From positions 22,134,001-22,198,000 of the forward strand of contig CM060731.1 of NCBI GenBank assembly GCA_030704615.1: a stretch of DNA of 64,000 nucleotides, written 5' to 3'. The notes below the pieces were generated by a model, which saw only the letters and a program-made list of their open reading frames with translations, had not been told where the DNA came from and made no database searches. Positions 23,508 to 35,990 of the stretch are shown here, piece by piece. The position numbers were made by a program, and so were the translations under genes. The number at the start of each line of letters is the position of its first letter. Positions within the stretch are counted from its first letter, which is position 1. Origin of the DNA: Takakia lepidozioides (Eukaryota > Plantae > Bryophyta).

Positions 23508-26500
23508 TCATTTCGATTGTCCAGATCCACTAGTAGAGGAGCTTTCATTGGAAACTGAAGCAGAACTATCAATGTACACCATAGTCCTACTATGCACACG
23601 TCCATTCCTGCCACAAACCTGTCTAGGGGGAGATGTTTTGAGAGCAAATGTTTTTGCTGCAGCCTCAGCATAACATGGCAATTCAAGCATGGGTGGCGGA
23701 CTTGGAAAGAAGTTCAGGTTCACATGGAAAGGGAGGAACCTAGGCGTAGTTGGGCTCCTGCATAACATTGCAAACTTTCATGAGAATCCCCAATTCCGAC
23801 GCCACAACGGAGTCCCATGCAAAGAAGAAAAAACACATGACTTACTCACAATCAAAATCGTCGTCAATTTCGTTGTCATCGTAATCCAATGGCACTGCTG
23901 CGGCAGCGACATCTGTCTGTACCTGAGGTGGAACCCTCATGGAGGGGAGCAATTGCCTCTTTGTACAGCCCTCCATCCCCCTCAAAGGCGAATAGATGCC
24001 TTCCAGCAGCCTTGCAGGCATGGAACGATGCCCCTGCCAGACGAATAAACCAAATGAGCCACGATATGCGCACGAACCTGCACTTTCGAATTACAACAAT
24101 GAAGGCAGATTATTGCTAGAGTGTGAAGGCCGAACCTGTTCCAAGAGTGAGGTCAACAACACGGGACCCTTCAACACTGCAAGACTCAATGACTGTTTGC
24201 ATGAATGCAGGACTCTTTTCCCGTGCACCTCTCCATGGCTCTCCGGAATTCCGCAGCACAGTAAGTGAGGCGTCCACGTAGTTGTAGATAAAATCATCAT
24301 CCACGGGATCGCAGGACGAGTCAACATGCGTTCCCCCTTTCAAGACCTGGAACTCCTTAACGGATGACGGTGTGGTGGGGTGGCGTTCTCTTACGAGACA
24401 GTGTGCATCAAAAGCTCGTGTCTACGAAATGAAAACACCGGACTCAGTCAGGTGAGCGCCAAGGCAACATCAAGGTAGGTAGCAGATGACAACCTTGCAC
24501 TACGATTTCGTCAACGCAAGGATGCAGGAGAAGATTGACAGCGCAAAAGGAAAATAAGTCTATCCAAACACGGGGAACATTTCTACAAGATTTAATGAAA
24601 TGGAGGATACGACATACCTTCTGGCCTGGGAAGTCCCCCTTTGTAAGTGGGAGACTATTAACTCCATTCCAGCTTTTAATCACCTTCATCCCACCAGACT
24701 TCAGGGAACTGGACAGTAGTCGTCGGCACTTTGCATTGGCAGCTTGTAGGATGAGCAAACACCCATTGTCAGCCAAGAAGTTCCCACAGAACTTGAAGAC
24801 CCAGGGCCAGTAGCGCTCGTCCCATTCATTCCAGGCTGGAGTGACACCTTTCGGTGGAAGATCTGGGACTAGAAGCCCGTCTGGAATGTCCACAACAACG
24901 AGCTCGCAGACAAAGGGTTTTTTTCTCTCCGTTCACCTACGATGGACCTTTCCCAGCCTCACCCCCCAAGCAATTCAATTGAAATGACATTTGACCACAC
25001 TGCAAGAACCAAGTGACAAGGAGGGGAGTGAATAAGGAATTTACCAGAGTGAGGAATGAAGACAAGTCTCCCGAGTTGGGGACTTCTCTTTGATTGTGCC
25101 GCCTTTCCTCCTTGATTCCATCATGTCCAAGAAGCTTTCGTTGACTGTCTTGTGTTGGTAGCCCGTGGCAACTCCTCTGCCAGGGTTAGGTAGGGCCTCG
25201 TATGGTTTGTCCGACAGAGCTAGTTGTGAACCCCTCTTAGCCCCTCTTGCCACAGCAGCCGCTGCCTGACCTTTTTCGCCATCTTTCTTTTTGTCCTTCT
25301 TTTTTCCACCCTTCTTTTTCGGGCTCTGATTTACAACTGGTTCCTTTGCTTTGAGAAGCCGGAGATCTCTCAACTGCAGCTGCTTATCTGTCAGAGGAGC
25401 AAGAGCCTCTGCATTGTCATTCAAATTTTGCAAGACGTTCTCCTCCCAGGGTGTCGATTGTTTCGGGCAATCAAGGTACCACCCACAGTCTTTGAAATGA
25501 AACCTGCTCTAGTCCTCCAGAATGCCCGCTGTGTACATTGTTGTGTCGAGATTTGTCTTTGCCCAACTGTCAATGAAGAATGGGTACGAGCTTAGAAAAC
25601 CACCTGGAAAAAGTACTCCGTGGATATATTTGCGAAAACAAAACCAACAAATATCATGAGAGTTCATAGGAAGACATGATAGCAGGCACCATTCTTTTTG
25701 TTGTAACACTTAACAAAAAACAATCCAAGTGCAGGGTAAATTCATCCTTGCGTCAATGAAATCCTCTTTTCGTTTATGAAACAAGAGTTTGACACTTAAG
25801 AAATCATTTTATAACGTAAGTCGTGGGCTGCCATCAAACAGGCTTGCGTCAACGCAAGCCTCATGCAGACCCGGTAAAAGTCCCGTTGCCTCAATGTTTT
25901 TGCAACAAGGGAAACAATGCATAGTTGTACTTAAAATTGTCACAACATACCCCTTCCTAATACGTAGTTCAAACTACCAATATATATTCCACACACTAGA
26001 CAGGCTTGCGTCAACGCAAGCCTAACCCTAGCCCAAAAACACTCGGGAGAAAGATAGCCATGAGTAGGAGGGTCCGCAGGCGTGCCTTAACGCAAGCCTC
26101 AATAGAGAAAGCTACTATCTTTTAAGAACAGCTCACAACATTAAAAAGCATGAAATGAAACCTGTATATGACTCGTTTCATCGCCTGCTCCCCATTGTAC
26201 TGCGCATCGAACAAATTCGAACGGTTAATCCCACCATCAACAGCAAATTCACGGAAGAACGCATGGTCCCAAACTATCCCTTTCCACCTCCTTATCCAGG
26301 TCTCGAATGACTCATCTGGTGTAGCAACGACTATCTTGAAGTCTGTTAGAGATTTCTCCATAACCTCCTCAGCCCTCTCCTCCAACTGCCACTCAAATAA
26401 CTTGGTTAGATTTTGCGAAGCACTCAAAGACATTCAAAACAGACATTGAAGACCTGTGAAATTCTTACCTGCACCTAGAATGTGGCTTTATGAAGCCAGA

Positions 26501-29253
26501 TGTCCCAAACTTGGTCACTGAAAGGGGTGACAACTCCAGTGGTGGCGTTCTTCTCGCCCATGGGAAAACTATTTGCTTGCCGTAGAACAGGCTCAGAGTT
26601 CCAAATTTGAAGCCACCGAATTTTCACTGCTGGCTCCACCATTGCCGTGGCAAGCCTGTGTAGCTTCTCTTGCGTCATTTCAGGCTTTGTTGTCTTGCTC
26701 CAATGAATGTGAACCTCATCCAGAAACTGAGGGCCAAGACCGGGATCAGCTATGCGTAGTCGCTTGGTGAACGCAGTCACCACCTTCCCGCGGAATTCGT
26801 TCATGTGGAAGGTCATTGCCGCCTCGATACCGTAGGCAGTGCGTTCACTTTCAGGAGTTTTCCCGTAATATTCCGCTTTTCCCCTCCCTCCCGCATCAGC
26901 AATTTCTTGCTATCCAACCCAAAGGCAACGTTGAAAATTTCAGACTCCAAAATGTGAAATAGGTACCTGAGTCTAAACTTCGCAATGATCCAGGCTTGCG
27001 TTGACACAAGCCTGAACATGGGTACATATGAATGCTTAAAAAATAGCAGTTTGCAGGACTTACCGTGTACATTTACTCCAGGAACGCATCCCTCGTGAGT
27101 GTGTACCATGTCTCCGCCCTTTTGGAGGTCTCGCACTTCTCGAAGGCCTCGGGTGAAAGAATAGTCTTGAAGCTCGACAATGGCATCTGTCCTAGCTTTT
27201 GCCTCTTGAATAATGTATGCACCAAGTTTGTGGTGACATGGGAAGACTCTGTCTGCCTGCACCATCAAGCCGATAGTGAGAAAAGGACTTAATGGCAAAT
27301 AATAGCATCTGAGGCTGCATCAGAATCTGGTGGTTGAAGAGAACTTACTTGTTTATATCATGCATGGCTGTTAGTAGATGTGTGTAGTTTCCCTTCGGAT
27401 CCAAAACGCACGCCGCGACGGAGTAATGACAATCTTTCTCCTCTCGATGCATAGAAACAATGCACTCCAGCCAGGCAAGCAGGCGGTGGTTCCCGTCCCA
27501 AACAAAGAATATCTTGTTACTGTACACCTGCAACTCCGGACTCTTGGAGAGAGACTGCTCGAATTCCAAATTCACTTCCCTCCAGCACTCATCCCACTTT
27601 CCCTCGATGCCCTCGTCTACCAGTCTCTTGTTCCCATAGGAGTCTCCAACAGAAATGTAAAAGACAGGGGTTCCAAAAACATACCCATGCACGAAATCTC
27701 CTTGAAGCTTCCTGATATCCCCGGTCAGGGTAGGACGAACAGCAGACATTGATATCATCCTACAGAGGGGTACCATGAGGTTCGCCTCCATAACCATCAT
27801 GGATCGGATTACCTGTCCAGATTTCACTTTCGAGTTTGACTCTATCTTGATAGCCATGCCTTTGTAATCCATATCTGTGTCTTGCACTTCTGTCTGGACT
27901 GCTGTCACTGCACCAGGGCCTTTGCCCTTTCTCCTCTTCTTCTGCCTATCAAAAACAAGAAATACATTATCAGATCAAAAGCGGGATTATGTGATCCATG
28001 AGATCAGCCTTGCGTTAACGCAAGCATGATATGGAGGTCTTCAAAGGACCGTTTTACAACCCCAAACAGGCTGAGATCCACATACTTTCATTGACGCAAG
28101 CATGGATGGGACAAAGGAAAATTCTCTCACAAAGGATGTTTTCCTTTTCTTCTGGCTCCTGCATACGTTTGTATGGAAGAAACTTCAGGCTTGCGACAAC
28201 GCAAGCCTGGTCTGTGTGCCTGCTTACCTCGCTATCTCTAGAACTATGTTTAGATTGAGAGACTCAAATAGATATAAACTCAAAGTTCAGGGAATTACCA
28301 AGTCTTGCTTGCGTCAACGCAAGCCTAGTCTGTGTGCTTGCTTACCTCGCTATCTCTGAAAAACTATGTTTGGATTGAGTGAGAGACTCAAATAGATATA
28401 AACTCAAAGTTCTGGGCATTACCAAGTCAGGCTTGCGTCAACGCAAGCCTGGTCTGTGTGCCTGCTTACCTCGCTATCTCTGAAGAAACTAAGTCAGGCT
28501 TGTGTCAACGCAAGCCTGGTCTGTGTGCCTGCTTACCTCGCTATCTCTGAAAAACCAAGTCAGGCTTGCGTCAACGCAAGCCTGCGCTGATGCTTGTTCC
28601 GTGTACCATGCTTCTCTACTGAACTACACTATGCCAAATTGAAGTGTTTCAGATGGAAAGGCTATCATGGTTTCGTTGACACAACCATGGACAGTGTGCT
28701 CTCACACAGAGGCAGGGAGCAAATATTCACCTCTGAAGGGTGCTCGCCTTGGCCTGATGGTGCTGATCCATCCCTTTTGTTCCCCTTGTCCATCACCGCG
28801 ACCTGCTCTCGTAGAGGCCGCAAGCGAGCGGAATTGTTAGACATGAAAAGAATACAATGCTCAGTGTACAAGTAAGTGGACAATGGTTTAGGGTTTTCTC
28901 ACCTCGACTTGTATTGCTTCTTCTTGGGCCTCTTGCAGGGAATGGAGTTGAGAAATACTGAGGTCGCCCGGTCCTAACATAGATTGCGTTCCTGCATCTT
29001 CCATGTGCTCGTCTTCGGTTTGAGCCTCGGCATCATGCCCTACTCCCGTCCGTGTTCCTTTGTCTTCGCTCTGTTCCTCATTCTCGTCTGCAACAAGCGA
29101 AACAAACTCTCCCTCTTCCCGACCTTTTTCTCTACTAGATGCCGCAACCATCTTTTCAAACACTCGTCCTAACCTCTTGCCCTTCATTCTCTCATGTGCT
29201 TTCCTTCTCTCTCTCTCTCGGTTGTGAAATACAAAGACTGCCTCCTTCTGCAA
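23508..29253 (-). pseudogene. ParB/Srx-domain plus beta-class N6A/N4C DNA methyltransferase fusion gene (spliced gene 2)
   Basis: Exon 27345-27945 has VRPTLTGDIRKL...FFVWDGNHRLLAW (ParB GxHR motif). Region 24610-24910 has ELVVVDIPDG...PAWN...FLADNGCLLI (motif IV-VI). Region 24136-24340 plus 23940-24034 reads EKSPAFMQTVIESCSVEGSRVVDLTLGTG|ASFHACKAAGRHLFAFEGD (motif X-I-II across a GT-AG intron). Frameshifts lie near 26815, 24920 and 23940. Confidence 0.8.
25746..28583. repeat. Dispersed and tandem palindrome family B: AGGCTTGCGT-CA-ACGCAAGCCT, about 12 copies
   Basis: Copies at 25840-25861, 26002-26023, 26078-26099, 26992-27013, 28006-28027, 28187-28208, 28305-28326, 28429-28450, 28496-28517 and 28562-28583. 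Degenerate copies at ~25746 and ~28082. Confidence 0.92.
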
Positions 29254-29903
29254 CGCTTGAACGCACTCCTATCTGTTCTAAACCCCTCCAGCTTGATAGG
29301 CACTCTGCACGGTCACTCTATCTGAAAGGACGGTGCTTTGCAGAGGGGTATTTCAAATGACGATTGAGGTTTGGGGATGAACGGAAAAGGTCCTGTCCGC
29401 AACTTTCGTTACATTGTCCACGTAGGGCTTTTTCATGATGTGTTATGTGCACTTCTTCATCCACCCTGGATGTCGGCGAATGCCATAACATGTGTCTAGC
29501 GGTGACAGGTTGGTTGTTGCTGAATTCGGCGCATGCAATGCATTGGATACCTTTTCCGATACGCCCTCAATGTAACGGTCAAACTCAACGTTGTGAACGC
29601 GCATAAATCAATGTTGTCCATTTAACCGTTGGGTCTTGTCCAATCACAGCTTATATAGGCACGGACGTGTGGTGGCCTAGACGTCCCTTTTGATAGTATG
29701 AAGCGTCGGTCAGTGCCGGACATCCTCATCCTTTGGCAGTACATTCCTGACATCATTTCAGCAGATATTACGTCTTTGAGGATTCGTACTAGCTGCTTTT
29801 GTACTCCTAAGTTCTTCAGTGCACGTACTCCGTCCTATGCACTACACTTTACCTGCACCCACCTGAGCAATGGATCCCTCAGCGGACATAGCAAAGTTCT
29901 ACT

Positions 29904-31418
29904 GTGCGTCCCATTCAAGGCCCATTTGCAAAGGTCGCGGGTGGAGATGGTGTCGTTGTTGTGCAGGAGGACGTTCTCTGTAGAAGCTTGGAACTTGAAG
30001 TTGGAACTGTCCATGTTGAGAAAGAAGTGTACGATGATTCCGGTAGGGTTGACAGCATGTTGATACTGGAGCCAGATATGGTTGGGAGTCGTAGAGAATG
30101 GAGATTTCCGGCGGGCAACTACCGTGTTCACGGGGATCAAAGACGCCTGTCTGCAAGTTCCATCTTGACACCCATAACAGCTGCTTCGGTGGCTCCAGCC
30201 TTCATACCTGCTCCCATAAAAAAGGAAGAGACCAGCATTTCCACTACATTCGTGGAGCTCTCCGAAAGCTCGGATGAGGACATTTCGGAGATCCCTGCAC
30301 CGCCAAACACGAGTGCTTATGTCGACGCAGATGTTCTGGAGATTACAAGTGTCATTCCCAAGCTGCAGTCTCTGAAAGGTTTGCCTAATTGCAGGAGTGA
30401 TGTGCGTGGGATTGCATGGGGGACAATTCGAATTGAAAGAGCAAAATGTCTGCCTGCTGAATTTGATGGTGCTGTCCTCTTCGAGTTGCCGCCTCCAACC
30501 TCATGTGGAGGTTTGGCTGGTTTGATGTAGGGTATGGACAAGAAACATGATGGACACCCTTGGTGCCGGACGAAAACTTCCAACATACACAATCCTCATG
30601 GGTTGAAGTTTCGGAGATCAGTTTGCGTTGGGCACCTGCGATGTACAAATGCAAATTGCAGTGGCCTGGGGCCGACTGGTTCCGCAAACGAAACCGAGTG
30701 GGAGGGCTGTGCGGACAATCCATTTGCAGTGGGTTGTGCCACTCCAAGTAACACTACGTTCATCTGCAGGTTCTGCAAATTCGTCCCCACATGCATTGCC
30801 ACCTGCAAAGCTCGCATGTGCTACGTTTTTCATCGTTGCCAGACCCTTACTCGGGCTTGTATACATCTCGGAAATCGTGATCACCCCGTGTGCAAAGGAG
30901 ATTGCAGGGAAAGTATAGATACGGCACTGGGACTCCTGCAGCAAGAAGTTCACAACGCTCCGAATGCTACGTCGTCAGCCATTGCACTTGCGGCAATCAA
31001 GACGTTCTTTCTTGGAGAACCAGACGATATCTTAGCCAAGCTGGACTCCTCAAAGCTAGATGCTGTTATGGACCATTTTTCCACTTTAAGCTCGCCCAAT
31101 GTCCGGAATCACATCAAAGCACTACGAACAGGCCCAGGGAACAGAGGTCCTCTTGATAGCATTCTGGACTTGAAGCGTAGAAGCAAATATGACTTTATTC
31201 AAGATAGTGGCTTTCCAGGCCAGGGATCGGCTGACAAGAAAAAAAGAGCGGACTCCAACCACATGAGGACTCCCTCAGATGTTGTGGTGCCTCGTCAATC
31301 CAAGCCCGCGGGAATCCACTATTCTTCTGCGAGACATTCAATGGTAAATTTCAAAACCATTTCTCCACTTTCGTTTGCAGTTTGTTTTGCGGTCCCAAAC
31401 CAACTCCGTCGTTTTTAA
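29904..31418 (+). pseudogene. GCM/WRKY-type Zn-binding domain protein, probably the N-terminus of a Mutator-like transposase; truncated
   Basis: DGHPWCRTKTSNI...FRRSVCVGHLRCTNANC...CRFC...C...C...RACIHLGNRDHP matches the GCM-like Cys/His layout. In-frame TAG at 30528. No catalytic domain follows FPGQG. TATA-like CTTATATAG lies at ~29650. Confidence 0.6.
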
Positions 31419-32399
31419 ACAGGCGAGGATGGAGCCGCATACCTTCTTGAATAGTCTACTCTAATCTTACTCTCATTTTTCATCTTCAAAACACAATAGC
31501 TTTGTTTGGAAACCAATTTTTGGGTGATCTCAAATTGAGTTGACAACAAAAATAAATTGCAACATCTAATTTAAAGTTCCTATGAAAAAAGATATAAATG
31601 AAAATAGACTAGTTTAGACTGGACAAAAATTTCGCAAAGTGAGCCACTGTAGCATGCTTCTGCCCAGCAAGATCTGAAAATTTGCTTTTGAGTCCACCAT
31701 TTCTTGTCGTTCCTGGACAAAGTTCTTCACATCGTGCATTAAGAAAAGCCACACCTTGCGATTGCGCTTGTCCCACCATCGTGAGAGCTCATGCTGTGTA
31801 CTCAAAATCTGTGAACGTCTCCATCTGCGAATCGCGATCGGCCTGCGAAACCCCTCCTGCGCTTCAAGAAGATAAAAAAAACGGGCAGTTTGGGTAGTCT
31901 CAAAACACTTTGTGCGACGAATTCTATTGGCGATTTTCGGACGAGCAGTCCGGGCAGATTGACGAAATTTGACGACGAAACGTGGCAACGAAACGTGGCG
32001 ACGATGATGTGGCGACGATGACAGCTTAACTCTTTATAAACCCTGAATTTGACCCTGGATAAATGAATGGATAAATGAAGGGTATGTTTAACTGAACAAT
32101 AGCCTGGTTTTATCCTTATCCTCAGGATAAATTATGGCATTGTCATGTATTTACATATAACTAAAAAAACACATCATGACGCATTTTATCCGGACCCGGA
32201 GGGTATGTTGAAATACAAAATTCTAGCGATGACTGAAGGTCGGAAGCTAGTTTAGCGTAGAGCAGGAATAGGGTGCCAAAATGCCACGTTTTCGTCGCCA
32301 TTGTTGAAAGCTCTTGAAATGATATATGTGAATTTGGGATGTTTTGTTGGCTTGGTATGGTATCTGAATATGACACAAAGAAACCACTCATACATTCAG

Positions 32400-35300
32400 T
32401 GCCTCAGGAAAGAACAATACTATCATTCCTACGACATACAATGCCCTGAACATATGGGAACTCCTACATTCAGTGCCATGTACATATTTGGCGTCCTGCA
32501 TTTGTCTTTGGCTCAGCTGCTTCCTAGAAATGTACTTGACATATTGATTTGTGTTAATGAGTACAACCAAACAGTCTCCATGCAACTACACACGGATCAT
32601 CAGGCCAATTTTTGATGAGCAAAACCAACTGGTCCAGGTGTCACGGACATAGCCCAGAGGAACTTACCAGGAGTAAATACCAGAAGTTACCAAGTTATCA
32701 TGTTATCGGAAGTTACCATAATTTACCATGATTTACCATGATTTACCATGATTTATCATTACTTACCAGGTTACCGGGAGTTTATCAAATTACCAAGAGT
32801 AACTTGGGAAACTGCTCAGGAAGCTTGCTTTGGAGGAAACTTCTCCATCAAGATACCTCTTTTATTTAAGGAAGCTTCTCCATTGAAAACTTCTCCAGCA
32901 AGAAACCTCCATAAGGGAAGCTTCTTAGGGAAGCTTCTTAGTAGCCAGTATATATAGGAGGCGAGGCTGGACACTCTTCAGTCTTGCCAACACTAGTTCA
33001 AGCTACTCTTGTTTCCAGTTCCCAGTACCCTAGCCCAGTTTCCAGTATCTGGTAATCCAGTCCAGTTTCCAGCATTCCAGTATTCAAGTCGTGTTCCAAT
33101 ATCTTGTATCATTGTTCATTGTTATAAAGATCGCCTTGATTGTTATTTACTCATCGTGCATACGGCCACGCCGACCTTGACTTTTTGCCGACCTCTAGTC
33201 TGATCTCTTGTTTGTGTTCAGTCATGTTCTCGTCCTTGACACCAGGTTGCGTGATCCGAGCCTACACCTCCAAAGCAAAGTAAACATACCTGCAATTGAA
33301 AATACACGTTCTATCTCAATTTGACTAGCTGAGATACCAAGAACCTGACGGGCTAAAAAGCAACTGTAGGGAACTGCTCTTCATGAGTTTTCCACCACTG
33401 CAAGGGGTTATCAGAAGACTTGGATAAAATCTGGAGATGGCGAGAACATGCAAGCTCACGTCGCATCTACAACACCCACGTCCAACAACCAACAATGATC
33501 ACCATCATAGTCCTCATATGTTAAATGCTCGTATAAGTTCAGATTATACTAGGCATGAATCTATCGGATTTCAACATAATTAGTACTTCAATATTGCATA
33601 ATACATCAACCGGTTGAAGTCATAACAAAACTAGGTTGGATTTATGTGGAACTTACATGTACAGACGTTGTGTCTTCCTTCAAAATTCAACGTCAAATAC
33701 AGCATGGCTATCACCAAAAACAACATTGTCGATTTCTTGTGTCTCAACATCACATGCCTCTTCACAAAGTCCCATTTATCTTCTTGTAAATTGAAATCAG
33801 TAGAAGCAAAAGCAAGAGGGTGTCGTATTGACATGCAATGGAAGTTGCATTTGCCTTCCCAATAAAGCTACCAGCAAGAGATAGATCCTTAAATCGAGGA
33901 TCTAACATAAGTACCAGCAAATTATTGCTCAGGTTGTACATCTCTGTAAATGACAAAAAAAAAAAGCTAATACCTTCACAACTTGCTCGCGTATACGAGA
34001 TTGTAAAAAAATGAGTTTCACATTGAAGTCAAGGCGTGGGACAGTCTGAACCATTGCTTCCATTTGCAACCTTTTACTAGCCATTTTCATGCTCAATAAA
34101 AATGGGTAGATGCAGACTACATTGGCTTAGTTTGGACAACAATTTGCAGTTTTCGACTAACTGCTTGTCACATTATTTTCACCCTATACACATAAGTATA
34201 TATTCATAGCAAATGGACTTAGAATGGGTTAGCCACTTACCATATGTACATGTGGGTACAATTATTTTGGAATTTGGATGAAATCTCATGAAGCTATGGA
34301 CTTTTGCGAGGAATTCCAATGGACTGCCACAGTCCCTCTATTGTCCCAAATGCCATATGAAAAACCTATTTGTGCAAACCAATTCATTATATGGACTGTA
34401 CAACTAGATACACAATGTTTGAATAGACACAAATATAAATTTGTGAACAATTCCATCCATCCATCAAGACACTATGGACTTTTTTGTACCAAAACAACCC
34501 CCAAAATGACGATTTGTCCATAGCATTTTGAAAACTTTCATATTTGGATGGAGATCTTTGCTAAGAATATATATATTGTTATTGTCTCTAAGAGCTTATT
34601 GTTATATGAATTTTTTCATAAACTACAAGATAATAATAAATAGTTATTATTTCTTTAAAAAATAAATAAAAAATAATTAAAAATATCTCAAATATATGGG
34701 ATGAGACCATTTACTAAATATGATTAGTATGCCATTCCCTATGAAGATAAAAATATATTTGAACAAATATCTTTATTTTTATTTTATTTTTCATGGACTT
34801 TTAGTGGAGGACACATCTGCCGCTTTTGAGCCAGTGTAATCTGCACTTACCCAAATGGCCGTGGCCAATGCATCACTGAACAACCAGTAGCCACGACATT
34901 GATTGAGTAAACACAAAGATTAAACCATAGGTGACAAAGTCGAAGAAATGGCTTGTGCAACTGCCCAAGTAATCCCCAAAGGAATGCGACCCTGCAATGC
35001 TATTGTTTGACGACTGTAATAGAGATGGACGGCTTCACGAAACTGAAGTACCTGCCGGAACATGAAGACTTTAGAAGCAAAACGAGTTTTGACTGGCGTA
35101 CTCAATTTTCGGGGATGTGTACCTCCATCTTGACATGCTTTTGACCATTCTTGTCGTCCTCTACGTGAGTTTTTGGGCCACGTAATGAAGACTGAATTGA
35201 TGATTGGGCTGCCTTAATAGAAATGGGGCCAAGGCCTTTGCATATCTTCTCATCTATGGTTGAACGTTGGCATGCCTTGCTCGTGGCACAGCCATAGCAG

Positions 35301-35990
35301 GCCCCATCAAATGATTTTTGCTGCTCATCATTTTTCTTGTATGCAACAGTACTACCAAAATAAGTAGAGATGACACCGGGTGTCACCTTATGTTGTTTCT
35401 TAGAAGCCTCTCGGGGGGTTGTCGTGCTGGACAACACATCTCTCCTGATTTTTGTTCGATACTTCTCCATGCTCCTTTTCTATATGTTTCCTCATAGTGT
35501 TTGTGCCATGCAACTTGTTGTATGTTATAATACATTTTCTGCCTCTGGTCTTCAAGGCAAGACGATCAGCACCACATGCGTCGGTATAACATAGAATACA
35601 ACAAAGCTCTTTGACTAGCGACACTGCCTCTCCATTATTGATTGTGAAAAATGCCCACGATGTCGGTTTTCGGCCATGTGGCACCCAAAAATTTGCCTGT
35701 TTCGTCATGAAGGCTGCAAGCTCTTTACACAATCTTGCCTCTTGTGCAACTAACTCCTCTGTCTCTACACGCTTGCAAGACGTGGACCGTTCACACATAT
35801 TAGATGTATCAAAGGGCACTACAACATTGTTGAGTTTGGGGGCATTTGAAGGCCCAACATCACCGTGATCTATTTTAAGAGTTTGCTGCCATTCCACGTC
35901 ATTCGGAAGGAGATGTCCCATTTGCTGCCTATGAATGGTGTTGTCAAAATATGAGCCCATGTCAAACTGGTGTGCATCCATATTCAAGAT
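32400..35990 (-). mobile_element. Degenerate hAT transposase
   Basis: BED finger (SWAFF...CILC...TMRKHIEKEH), TPVKTRFAS, LMLDPRFK and the dimerisation domain PLQWWKTHEEQFPTVAFLARQVLGISASQIEIERVFSIAG...RCRLGSRNL|DQLVLLIKNWPDDP. Many stops and frameshifts. Confidence 0.85.
32639..33241 (+). mobile_element. Solo LTR (603 bp) inserted in the hAT dimerisation domain
   Basis: TGTCACGGAC...GTCCTTGACA inverted ends, 5-bp TSD CCAGG (32634-32638 and 33242-33246), and internal TATATATAGG. The hAT reading frame rejoins across it. Confidence 0.9.

Larger units (their letters stand above)
6480..32300. mobile_element. Large cargo-carrying DNA transposon region, possibly two adjacent elements; ends not resolved
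   Basis: Contains DDE transposase, ParB-MTase, FCP1-like and GCM-like genes, none of which look like normal host genes. Also has two internal palindrome families and GGATGAA-rich tracts. No TIR or TSD was found, so the boundaries are approximate. Confidence 0.55.

Noticed and set aside
28187-28583. CRISPR array
   Set aside because: Spacers are homologous to each other and unequal in length, there are no cas genes, and the context is a eukaryotic intron.
9340-31418. Bacterial or phage contamination, or an endogenous giant virus
   Set aside because: The genes carry spliceosomal introns and are contiguous with plant genes and TEs. No capsid, packaging ATPase or polymerase motifs were seen.
6470-31625. 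Possible TIR pair TCCGGACTAAACT (~6480) and AGTTTAGACTGGA (~31611)
   Set aside because: Only about 11 of 13 bases match and there is no TSD, which is insufficient to define element ends.
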